A DNA stretch of 64,000 nt, taken from positions 451,608,001 to 451,672,000 of the forward strand of contig NW_027362761.1 in the NCBI RefSeq assembly GCF_046119375.1, given 5' to 3'. This stretch comes from Phyllobates terribilis. Lineage: Eukaryota. Position numbers and translations under genes: made by a program. This document shows positions 52,301 to 64,000 of this stretch, piece by piece. The notes under the pieces were generated by a model. That model saw nothing but the letters and a program-made list of their open reading frames with translations. It was not told the origin of the DNA and did no database searches. Every line of letters starts with the position of its first letter. Positions within the stretch are counted from its first letter, which is position 1.

Positions 52301-54574
52301 GAGGGTATGGATCACAGATGGTAATTTGATTTAATTCCCGGAAATCTAAACAGGGACGTAGACCGCCATCTTTTTTCTTCACAAAGAAGAACCCTGCCGC
52401 CACGGGCAAAGATGAGGATCTGATATGTCCTTTTTCCAGACTTTCCGCAATGAATTCCTTCATGGCTTGTCTCTCAGGGCCAGAAAGATTATACAGTCTG
52501 GACTTGGGTAGTTTAGCAAATCCTGACACCCCTTCTCAGAAAAAGCGTCCTCAAAACCAGACAGAAAAACAAGCAGTATCTCCGCAGAGACAGCAGCAAT
52601 GGAAACATTCAGACAGTTCTCATGGCAGTAATCTCCCCAGTTTGCCAATCCACCAATGGATTATGTTTAACAAGCCAGGGGATACCTAAAACAATCGGGG
52701 TAGGGAGATTCTCCAAAACATAGCAAGGAATGATTTCACAATGAACTGACCTCTCCCTCAGTTTCACATTATGTACAATCTGAGTAAATGCTTTCTGTGC
52801 AAGTGGCGCCGAGGCAATGGCAATGATGGAAATAGGTTCAGCTAAAGCACAGCAAGCGAGACAATGAGTTTTCACAAACTCAGCATCAACCATGCTGACC
52901 CCGGCTCCACTGTCAACAAACACAGATTTTTTTTTGATTTTGCGCTCTAGCAGCACCTCTGCAGTCAGGACAAAGCAGGAACTGCAGTTTGGCCACAAAT
53001 GCACCCCTTGTTTATCCAACTCCAGACTACCGAGAGTTAATCGAGTCTCTTTTTGCTTAGGAATTGAAGGACAGGTCCCAACAAAATGTCCCTTTTTCAC
53101 AAAAAAAAATACGCCTTTTTTCTTGCGAATCTCCTGGGAGATTATGACATAGAGACACCCCCTAACTGCATAGGTTCCTCCACCTCCCCCAGTACTGGTT
53201 CACCCCCAGACCGCTCCCTTGGCAAAGGTACACAACCCAGACAAGAAGGCCCGGAGAAGAAGGTCACACCCATCTATCCCGAAGGCGCCTATCCAGACGT
53301 ATGGCCAAAGACATGGCAGTCTCCAAGGACTGAGGGGTATCATATACAGCCAAGGTATCTTTCAACCTTTACGTTAGGCCCTCCCAAAATTGAATTTTAA
53401 GGGCTGAGTCATTCCATTTCCACTGACCGAATCCCCTGCTGAAGGCGACGTAGCTTAGACTCAGCCAAGGTGACTCAGTCAGGGTCATCATAGATAAGGG
53501 CAAGAGCTCCAAAAAACCCCTCCACAGATTGGAGACCAACCAAATCCTGCGGTAACAAAAACGCTCACGACTGAGGATCTCCCTGCAGTAGAGAGATCAC
53601 AACGCCAACCCGTTGCTCCTCATTACCGGAGGAGTAGGGACGAAGCTTGAAATACAATTTGCATGCCTCCTTAAACACAAAAAAACTGTCCCTACCTCCT
53701 GAAAACCTGTCCAGGAGGGCAACCTTGGGTTCAGGCTGGACAGGCCTACCTGCAGAGACCACCACATTGGCGGCTGGTAACTGCTGATCCTGCTGCTGAA
53801 CCTCACAGCGGAGGTCATTCACCTCCAGACACAGACAGCTGAATTGCTCTGTGAGCTCTGCAACTGATCCCATACTAAAGGGAGTAAAGAAAAAAAAAAA
53901 GGTGTACACCCAAATACACACAAAGAAAAAACAAACAAAATGTCAATCTTGTGTTGTTGTTTTTTTTTTTTTTTCAAAATGTGCTTGGCCGGTTATAATG
54001 TCACGCCAGGTGTGAGTGCAACACAGAGAGTCATGCCAGGTGTGAGTGCAACACAGAGGGGAAAGGGAAAGGGAGCCCAGACACTAGGGAAAGGGGGAAG
54101 AGGTGACCTGCTAATCTGGACTAGCGTCACCCTGTCTCCCCCTAACGTCCCTATACAGCCTCCACAGCTGTCGCCGATCATGTGCCTCGCCCTACTATCC
54201 CTGGGGTAAGGCTATAGCTGGGGGTGGAAGGAGATGAGCACTAGTCAACCTCCGCTAACACTCTAAAGACAAAAGGGGAAGACAACACAAGGAAATAACA
54301 ACTTAGCTTTAGAAGAAAACTCCAAAAGGGCACACGGCCTCAGGACTCCAGAGAGTATGTGATGCTGCTTCAGCCAAGTTCCAAGTAGAAATGAGTATAA
54401 CCGGCGACGCCCTCCTAGACACACCAGGTATATATACACCCAGACTAAAGGGAGGTAGTCGCTGGGTCCTAAACACAGCCTCCTATCTAGGCAGCTGTCT
54501 TCATTGCCAAACGTGGAGCTCTCCTGCACACCACTACAGGGTGACTGTCTGTCACCTCTGACATGCCTGTGACA
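49316..54574 (-). mobile_element. Decayed chromodomain-bearing Ty3/Gypsy retrotransposon (Sushi-like)
   Basis: LTRs 49316-49868 and 53999-54574 (TGTCA...TGACA), TSD ACATC/ACATG, and PPT 49869-49883. Confidence 0.95.
49800..53921 (-). pseudogene. gag-pol remnants: gag (PEPKVALLDRFSG), zinc knuckle remnant, protease (VDSGAG), RT (YLDDILVY), RNase H, integrase (SNGQTERVNQ), chromodomain ([13 protein letters not shown])
   Basis: Domains occur in canonical Gypsy order across several frames with stops and frameshifts. Confidence 0.93.
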
Positions 54575-54989
54575 ACATGTCTCCAAAAATTAAGGTCTTT
54601 GTTCCTGTTTGAATTTGTAAACATTAATTCGGCTTTTTATGTTTGTTTTGGAGTAATGGCTTCTGCCTGGCAGAGTGGCCTTTCAGCCAATGTTGACCCA
54701 GTACTTGTTTCACTGTGGTAATTGACACAATCTTACCAGCTTGTCCATCATCTTCACAAGGTCTTTTGCTTTTGTCCTTGGTTTGATATGTACACGTCGG
54801 ACCAAAGCACGTTCATCTCTGGGACACAGAACCCATCTCCTTCCTGAGCAGTATGATGGCATTAAAAATTATGGTAATCCTAATTGGCCTAAAATGGGAA
54901 AGGTTTATTCTGATTTCATGTCAGATATTGAGAAAAACATGCATATGTGTCTTTTTATATAGTGTATGTAAACTTCTGGTTTAAACTGT

Positions 54990-55135
54990 ACATGCATACA
55001 TACATACACACATACATAAACACACATACATTTACACACATACAAATACACATATACTTACACACATACAGACACATTCACATACATACAGTACATACAC
55101 ACATACATAAACACATACATTTACACACATATTAT
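54990..55135. repeat. Compound (CA/CATA)n microsatellite
   Basis: Direct read of the sequence. Confidence 0.9.
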
Positions 55136-55499
55136 ATTGCATTTTTTTTAAAAAAACGCGTTGCTTTCTTTTAATAAATGTTTGATGTTTTTCTACACCT
55201 TCTCATCCTTGACTTCATCGTGACACCTTGTCTTCATCGTGCCACTACAACGTTTTTTTTTATTATTTTCGCCTCGCAATTTTTTTTGGCTGAGAAACCT
55301 CTTTAGCCCACAGATAATTCATTTTGTAGAAAAGACACATTTGTGTCATGAATAGAACTGCTGCTCGATGCTATAACTTACAAAATATCCTGTAGGAACA
55401 AATAACAAGCATTTAGCAAGCGCCAACATTTAAATGGAAAAGAATAAGGAAAGAGGAAAGTGCAAAAACATTTTTCATTTTACTGGAATTTTCCTTTAA

Positions 55500-55879
55500 A
55501 GAAGTTGTCCAAAACCCAGAGTACCCATTTTTAAAATATGTACTCCCACTTGTAGAATAAAAATAACAGATACTCCCCCCCTGCATCAATGCCATTCCAG
55601 CAATGTCGGAGCCAGCTCTCCCGGGGCTCACGCCACATTTTTGTGCCACGTGAGCCTGCAGACAATCAGCTGCGTCTATTGGGCTGCTATTCTCTTACTT
55701 CCCTCAGATGAACCTCGGACAAGCTGAAGTAATGAGACCGCAGAAGTCCAGTAGCAGCCTCTAATTGGCTGCACGGCTCACATAGAATAACAAAATTACG
55801 TGAGGCCCATGAAACCCAGTGCTGACATTTGTTATTTTATTTTACTAGGGGGTTTCTTATTTTAAAAAGGACAACCTCT
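55500..55879. mobile_element. Kolobok/T2-like MITE
   Basis: TTAA on the left and TCAA on the right. Termini AGAAGTTGTCC / GGACAACCTCT with a palindromic interior. Confidence 0.6.
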
Positions 55880-58820
55880 TCAATAACTAACTGTGCTGAC
55901 TAATAATGAATAATTGTAAATATCTAGAACACTTGCAATATTTTGGATTTTTTTATGTTAAACAAGGTTGTGTTAAGTGTCACGAAGTTATGAAATAGGA
56001 TATAATGTCACAGCTCTACTAGTGCTTTACATATATCCATTGTAAATAACTACGGTAATTCTTTAAAGGGATATTTTAAAGTTTGAAAGTTATTCCCTAA
56101 AAACTTGATCGGTGGGTGTCCAACCACTGGGGCCCTCAGCAATCCCGACAACTGGGGCTTAGAACAGACAGTGTGAATGGATCAGAGGTTAATGATGCAC
56201 ATTCCACTCCACTCATTCTAATGTGAGTGCTGAAGATCAACTGATTGCGTCACAATCTCCAGTGCTCCCATTAACCTGAATTGATCTTGAAAAAAATCTT
56301 TGAAATTTGAAGAAAATGGTTGTAGCATGCTAAGCCAACAATATTAGTGAGCTGGAGGCAGTGTCAAACTGGGGTTCCAAGGGCCCACTAGTAAAACTGA
56401 CACTGGGCAGTCTAATGAATGAATGATGAGATAATGGCGTGGTCTGTACATGGTGAACCAAGCTTATTGTGCCAACTACAATTCGTATAGTGTGATGGAA
56501 TATCCACTCCTGAAGAGGGGCCCACCGGGGGCTTCACCTTTTTCCCTGTGGTCCAGTCCAAGCCTGAATGTAAGCCATTGCCCATGAGGAATGGGCTGAG
56601 ATTCCTCTAAACGCTGCCAGAAGCTGGCATCTGGCTATGTATCATGATTGCAGCAAGTTCTAACAGCCAAAATGAACTCTACTAAGAACTTTAGACACTA
56701 GTCATAAAGGGTTGAATAATTCTGTCATTAAAAGTGGCATTTTGTTTTGAATATGGAGAAACCACTTGTCATATTAGTTGTGTTGAGCGATTTACATTTT
56801 TCTTGTTTGATTGGTTTATTAAAACTTTTTGGTTGTTAACTTTTGCTAATAAAGCTAATCTACAATGGGGGTTGAATCATTTTGTTTTCAACTCTATGTC
56901 TACTGTTAACTTCCAGCGTAAAAAAAAAAAAAACCTTAGAGGTTCATTGTACAATAGACAAATACTCCAAAAGGTATATGTGATAAGCATATAGTGTGAC
57001 AGGGGAAACTTGACACCAGCTGCTACATGCACACAATCATCCTTTCCTGGTCCTCTTGTCTCAAAATGATGAGAGTAGTTACATATAAAATGTGTATGAT
57101 AAGGAGAAGAGAGACTCAGGAGCTGGACAAGTAATGATATAGTATTCCAAGGTAAAGACGGCTTAACAAAGTGATTTTGTTGCGATCATTATGGGATCAT
57201 ATTGGCGCAGGAGAGTTAATTCAAACGCCACAAAGAACTGAGGCCGAGTTGTCTTTTCTCATTTTGCCGAAGCATTGATGCCACTAATGGCCTGTGTCTA
57301 TGGAGAACTAGTTTCTCATGACACTATGATAATGTGAGACGGTATTTACTGCTGAAATGAGAGGGATAAATAGCAGCTTCTGGACAGTAGAGAAGTAATT
57401 GCTGTTCAACTCTGCTTTAGTCGGTAGTGAATGTCTGTAACAAATGCTTTATAATTCTGAAACCATATATCTTCCCGCCGCGCTAGACGAGGCAAGAACG
57501 TGATCATTTCTGAAAGTTAATGTTTTGGGGTATAACGTTATTTATGCACTTAATAATTCAGGTCGCGGTAGAAGCTCAGACATTATTAATATATACTGCA
57601 CGGTTTTACAAATAAATATGTGCAGCAGAATGAATAGAGCGATTATGACAGTCTGAAGTATACAAAATACTGTGACCGCAGACGAGGCAAAAATGTGCTG
57701 GTGAGGAATAAATCAGCTTTCTTATAGGATCTGTTATTTGCATGACTTTAAGTTAATATATTCTCAATATGTCAGAATTTGGCTTGAGTTGAGTGTTGCA
57801 TCATATCTTAGTAAAAGAGATCTTAAAATAGTACCCATCTTTTTAATTTTTTATTTCATAAAGGAATAATACACATGAAAATAAGCAACTTTGTAATATA
57901 TCTTTTTAGAGAAATCAGTTTCTTTCTCCTCCTGGACTGATATTTCACTCTCCGTGCATAGGTAAAATCTGTATTCAGTGAAAACCGATTTTCACATTAT
58001 AGAAGTAAGCGATAACAGTTGGAGCTTTTAAAATTCTATGAAGGGGAGGAGCTAGCGGCAAACACATACATTCTGATACAAAATTCTCTTGAAATGACAG
58101 TTACATTTTTCTATACAGCACCAGCTGTTATCTCCTAGCTCAGTAATGGGAAAATCTGTCTTTACTGAAGACAGATTTCACCCGTGAATTGAGAATTTTG
58201 AGAATGAATGATCAGTCCAGGGGCAGAAAGAAGCAGATTTCTCTAATAAAATATATTAGAAAGGTTTCTTGTTTTCATGTGTCTCATGTACAGTACCAGA
58301 ACCACCATGAGTACATGAATACAACACCAGAACTGTCATCAGTACAGTAATACATCAATAGAACCGTCGGCAGTATATGAATTCATCACTAGTACCACAA
58401 ACAGTACAGAAATACAACATCACAACCACAATCTACATAAATACAGTCATGGCCGAAAATGTTAGCACCCTTGAAATTGTTCCAGAAAATGAAGTATTTC
58501 TCCAAGAAAATGATTGCAATTCCACATGTTTTGTTATACACATGTTTACTTCTTCCTTTGTGTGTATTGGAACCACACAAACATGAAAAAAGGCAACCTG
58601 TACATAATTTTACACAAAACTCCAAAAATAGCCAGACAAAATTGTTGGCACCATCCTGGCCACCATGGATGGGGAATCTTTGTATTCTAATATCCCACAC
58701 AAGGATGGATTAAATGCCTGCAAAATCTTCATAGAAAATACTGAAATTGTTGCTGATTCTGTGGTCAAACTTACAGAATTCATCCTCACCCACAATTACT
58801 TTGAATTTGATAACAACATA

Positions 58821-59070
58821 CAGTACAGACCAAAAGTTTGGACACACCTTCTCATTTAAAGATTTTTCTGTATTTTCATGACTTTGAAAATTGTACATTC
58901 ACACTGAAGGCATCAAAACTATGAATTAACACATGTGGAATTATATACTTAACAAAAAAGTGTGAAACAACTGAAAACATGTCTTATATTCTAGGTTCTT
59001 CAAAGTAGCCACCTTTTGCTTTGATGACTGCTTTGCACACTCTTTGTGTCCAAACTTTTGGTCTGTACTG
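58821..59070. mobile_element. 250-bp internally deleted derivative of the DD38E element
   Basis: First ~223 bp and last ~27 bp of the 16151-17780 family, with TA TSD. Removing it restores PLE codons NNIYIQ. Confidence 0.92.
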
Positions 59071-60480
59071 TATATATACAGGAAACTGGTACAGCTCCAC
59101 AGTACGCAAATCTTTTCATGGCCAAGCTTGAAAGTGACTTTTTGTCCTCATGTCCCATCAGGCCTCTGGCCTACTATCGTTTCATTGACGATATTTTAAT
59201 CATCTGGACGGGGTCTGAGCAACAGCTGAAGACGTTCCATGAACACTTTAATCGATTTCATCCCACCAACAACCTAACACTCAACTACTCCTGTACTGAA
59301 ATTAACTTTTTGGACACCATCATCAAGCTACAGAACAATGAAATAGAGACAACCTTGTACTGGAAACCAATCGACCGTTCTACATACCTTAAATGGGACA
59401 GTTTCCATCCAAAACACATAAAAAACTCTATTGTTTACAGCCAAGCCATCAGATACAATCGGATATGTTCCAACCAGATGGATAGAGACAAACACCTCAG
59501 AAAGACCTTTTTGAAACAGGGCTGCCATCCAAGAACAATCGAGAACCAAATTACAAGAGCCACCAGAATATCAAAGAATCATCTCCTACATTACAAAACC
59601 AAGCAAGAAATAAACCGGGTGCCTATAGTAGTCACCTACAATCCAAATCTGGAGGCGCTAAGAAGAGCTGCACGGAAACTACAACCCTTACTACAAAAAG
59701 ATGCCTGATTACAATCCATATTTCCAGACCCCCCACTTCTGTGTTTCAGGCAGCCCCCAAATCTAAGAAGCATCATTGTCAGAATCTCCCTGTCATCTCC
59801 ACCAGCTACGTGTACCTTTCCTTGCAACCAGAAAAAATGTAAAACCTGTCCATGTATAACGACCACAGACAAGATAAAGATCCCCAATTCACATCAGGAC
59901 TATAAGATCCCAGGTACGTTCAGCTGTATCACATCTAATGTAGTGTACTTAATTATATGTACCAAATGTCCAGCTGGGGATCTTTATGTAGGGGAGACAG
60001 GGCAAAAACTTAGAACAAGGATGAATTATCATCGCCACACAATAAAAGAAAAAAGAATAGATCTGCCTGTAGCCAAGCATTTTTGTTCCCCTGATCACAG
60101 CATAAAAGATATGAAATTACTGGTATTAAAAGGTAACTTCAAATCTCAAAGAGAAAGAAGAATCTCAGAATATAAACTGATGATGACCTTTAACACTTTC
60201 AGAGCAGGAATGAATGTGTCGCATGGATTTATGTCATTCTACATCAACTAAGGAATCTGCTCCTCAGAATTGTGAGGCCATCACAACACTGGACCTGGTC
60301 ACAGGACAATAAAACCTTCACACTCCTTATCTATTAACTGCTAAAATATTTATAGCCAGAACTGTTTATCTCTTCCATAATAACTCTGCTTTCCATCACC
60401 TGTCTTACCTATTGCATTTTTTTTTTCTTGTGTGTCTTATTGTGTATAAATATGTGACTCTTCAGATTTTGTGGTATACC

Positions 60481-60520
60481 ATGCCTGATGAAGAGACCTG
60501 AGTAGTCTCGAAAGCTTGCA
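60481..60520 (+). ncRNA. Minimal type I hammerhead ribozyme motif in PLE pLTR
   Basis: ATGC CTGATGA A GAGAC ctgagta GTCTC GAAA GCTT GCA. Perfect 5-bp stem II, palindromic AGCT stem III, and TGC/GCA stem I. Confidence 0.72.
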
Positions 60521-61116
60521 ATTTGTTACCATCTTTTCAGTTAGCCATTAAAAGGTATTAACCACTGAGGACTCTCAAATCTAAATATTTTTCTATCTAC
60601 TGGCTAACACGGTACAAGAATATATATTTTCCCTATGGCACGTTTCCAAAATTGCTGGTAAAAAACTCTTTCAAGCATGCTCTTTCAAACTCTCCTGTGG
60701 CAAGTAACAGGTGTGGGCATTATGAAAATCGCACCTGAAAAAAAAGGGGAGAAGTTGACTCAATCTTTGCATTGTGTGTCTGTGTGTGCTACACTAAGCA
60801 TGGGGAACAGAAAGAGGAGAAGACAACTGTCTGAGTACTTGAGAACCAAAATTGTTGAAAAACAACAATCTCAAGGTTACAAGTCTATCTCCAGAGATCT
60901 TCATGTTTCTTTGTCCATGGTGCGCAACATAATCAAGAAGATTCCAAACCATGGCACTGTAGCTAATCTGGACGTGGACGGCAGAGAACAGTTGATGGAA
61001 GTTTGCAATGTAGGAAACTCTGGTTGGTGGATAAGCAGCCCCAATCAAGTTCCAAAGAAATTCAAGCTGTCCTGCAGGCTCAGGATACATCAGTGTCAGC
61101 GTGAACTATCCGTTGA

Positions 61117-61464
<348 letters not shown>

Positions 61465-62463
61465 TAGTGCCCAGTGTCAGAAAGCTGGGTTTGTGTCCTA
61501 GGTCATGGGCCTTCCAGCAGGACAATGACTCCAAACATATTTCAAGAATCACCCAGAAATAAATGGAATCAAGGCGTTGGAGAGATCTAAGTGGCCAACG
61601 ATGAGTTCAGATCAAAATCCCATTGAACACATGTGGAGAGATCTTAAAATAGCTGGTGGGAGAAGGCACCCTTCAAATATGAGAGACCTGGAGCAGTTTG
61701 CAAAAGAAGAGTGGTCCAAAATTCCAGTTGAGAGGTGTAAGAATTTTGTTTGTAGTTATAGGAAGCGATTGATTGCAGTTATTTATTTCAAAGGATGTGC
61801 AACCAAATATTAAATTGAGGGTGCCAACAATTTTATCCCGACCCATTTTTGGGGTTTTGTGTGAAATTATGTCCATTTTGCCTTTGTTTCTCTGTTTTTT
61901 TTTGTGTTGTTCCAATACACATAAAGGAAATAAACATGTGTATAATTAAATATGTGTAATTGCAATAATTGACTGAGAGAAATACTTCATTTTCTGGAAG
62001 AATTTCAAGGTTGCCAACATTTTTGGCCATGACTGTGTATCACCAGAACCTCCATCAGTAAATGAATGCATCCCCAGAACCATCATCAGTACATGAAAAT
62101 ATCACCAGAACCATCAGCAGTACAGAAATACTGTATCAGAACCACCATCAGTACATGAATACAGCACCAACATCAGTGTATGAATACAGCAGCAGAACTA
62201 TCATCAGTATAGAAATAGAGCAGGAGTTGTTATCAGTCATCATCAGACAGCAGATCAAACAGGACCACAGTACTGACTAGATGTGGGCAGTATCACAAAT
62301 AATCATTTACATCCTGATTCCTTATAGTACCTTATATACTCTGAATGGAGTCATTTTCCTCCCTTTCATCTCAATCTGGTCCAGGTGCCATGACATCCAA
62401 AGCGTGTCTCTGCTAACTTGCATCTTCTTGTGTTCTGCTGCATATCCTGACACAGTTCCCTTA

Positions 62464-62837
62464 GGCTATGTGCCCACGATCAGGCTATAGGAGCGCTTTG
62501 GACGCAGCGTATTTTCACTGCGTCCAAAGTGCTGCGTCCGATCACACAGGTAAATCCGCATGTGTTCACTGAACACATGCGGAGTTACCTCACCCTATAC
62601 ATTCTATTGTGGAAATTTCTGTTGCGGAGACTAGCGTCTTTGGAACAGAAATTGACATGCCGTGGCTCATAAAGCCGCTCCACCGGTGAGTTTATGCGGC
62701 ATCAAATAGAAGCACAGTGGGCATGGGTTTCTATAAATCCCATCCACTGTGCTTCTACTGTGCAACACAGTGTTTTAAACGCAGCGCAGGTGAGCTGCTT
62801 CCAAAATGCTGCTATTATGGATCGTGGGCACACAGCC
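62464..62837. mobile_element. PIF/Harbinger-type MITE with the same TIR family as 28293-29200
   Basis: GGCTATGTGCCCACGAT...ATCGTGGGCACACAGCC, flanked by TTA and TTT. Confidence 0.75.
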
Positions 62838-63229
62838 TTTAAGGTAACAGTGTCATTAGACTCAAAATTTATCTGCCCTTTTCTGTGCCCCTGAAAAAGT
62901 GCCCCTCACTGCACTTCCTGCAAAAATGACTAAATGACTGCCTCGCTGTCCCTCTTCTGGTACATGGCCTTCACACTGTCCTCTCCTCTAAACTATTGCC
63001 TCCACACTGTTCATCTTTATGAACTACAAGACGGACACTTTATGATCTATAACTGCCCGAATATTCCTTCTTATGAACTATAACCCCTACAGTGTGAACC
63101 CTTATGAACTATTCCCTTCACACCAGCCGCCTTTATGAGCTATAACTTGCATGCCGTCTGCCCTTATGAACTATAATCTCCATGCTTTCTTATAATATCA
63201 TACATTTGTGCTTCCCTATAATAATAATG

Positions 63230-63915
63230 TACCCCAATCTGAGCCTTCTTATAATGGGGACCCACATCTCCCCATACACAGTATGATGGCCCCCCAGCTG
63301 CCTATATACAATATAATGGCCCCAACAGCTCCATTTATACAGTATGATGACCCCACAGCTCCCTATATACAGTCTAATACCCCACAGCTCCCTATACTCA
63401 GTATGCTGTGCCCAACCGCTCCATATATACAGTTTAATGCGTCAATAGCTCCTATATGCTGTATAATGTCTGTGCAACTCTATATATGATATCCCCACAG
63501 TTCCCTATATACAGTATAGTAACCCCATAGCTTCCTATGCACAATAGGATGTCCCCACAGTTCCCTAAATACAGCATAATGTACCCATAGTACCCCATAC
63601 AAAGTATGATGTCCCCCACATTTCCCTAAACACTATATAATGCCCCATAGCTACCTACAGTATGATGGCCCCACTGCTCCCTATTAACAAAATAATGCCT
63701 CCACAGCTCCCTATATACAGTATAATGCCCCTGTAGTCCCTATATACAGTATGATGTCTCCCACTGCTCCTTAGATACATTATATTACTTCCGTGGCCCA
63801 CTATGTACAGTATAATGCCCTTAGCACCTTTTTACAGTATGATGCCCAACACCGCTCCTCATACACAGTATAATGTCCCATAGCCCCTCTATTCACAGTA
63901 TGATGGCTCCACAGT
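63230..63915. repeat. Degenerate ~30-bp minisatellite (tatacagtatgatgcccccacagctccc)
   Basis: Recurring motif visible. Boundaries approximate. Confidence 0.8.
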
Positions 63916-64000
63916 ACAGATCCTCATATGAGGCCACCACGGCCTGCCACTTAATAATGACGAAAAAAAAAATATTTTGCTCACCTAACCCTGTTCCCCG

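Larger units (their letters stand above)
43459..54988 (-). mobile_element. Sleeping Beauty-like Tc1 (about 1.2 kb of own sequence) hosting two LTR insertions
   Basis: TA TSD and TIR cagttgaaaccagtttacat. Transposase fragment at 48908-49315 ([15 protein letters not shown]...[18 protein letters not shown]...[20 protein letters not shown]) is close to recalled SB. Sequence is continuous across both insertions. Confidence 0.9.
58642..60632 (+). mobile_element. 5'-truncated Penelope-like element (RT + GIY-YIG + pLTR)
   Basis: ATMDGESLYSNIPH, YANLFM, YYRFIDDILIIW, VYLIICTKCPAGDLYVGETG. The 3' sequence matches 9526-9700 in inverse. Boundaries approximate. Confidence 0.9.

Noticed and set aside
49316-54574. 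The adjacent chromovirus as the autonomous helper of the cingulin-FXR1 element
   Set aside because: It has different LTR termini and sequence, a 5-bp rather than 4-bp TSD, no tRNA-Ala PBS, and decayed pol. Proximity reflects nesting in the same Tc1.
57320-57360. Possible box C/D snoRNA (atgataa...ctga)
   Set aside because: Non-consensus C box, too short, and no terminal stem.
59046-59708. 220-aa ORF beginning MSKLLVCTVYI as a novel fusion gene
   Set aside because: Chance read-through from the Intruder TIR (GTG start) into the PLE RT frame. The same peptide start appears antisense at 16175.

Overview
Vertebrate genomic DNA. An anuran frog is inferred from the TE repertoire and from amphibian-type cingulin residues. 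The window lies inside a large MCTP1-like gene on the + strand, with three short coding exons (20721-20800, 34885-34996, 42760-42798) separated by TE-packed introns. TEs include L1, CR1, Penelope-like elements with hammerhead ribozyme motifs, several Tc1 families (one intact DD38E/Intruder, one Sleeping Beauty-like), a chromodomain Gypsy element, solo LTRs, a V-SINE, many MITEs and minisatellites. The standout is a 5.06-kb LTR element at 43668-48724 (minus strand) with 4-bp TSD, tRNA-Ala PBS, PPT and about 97.5% identical LTRs. It has no recognisable gag or pol. Instead it carries an intronless chimeric reading frame built from two host genes, the cingulin coiled-coil rod and the FXR1/FMR1-family KH region (KH1 cleanly excised). 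Homology calls come from recalled protein sequences and manual alignment, not database searches.
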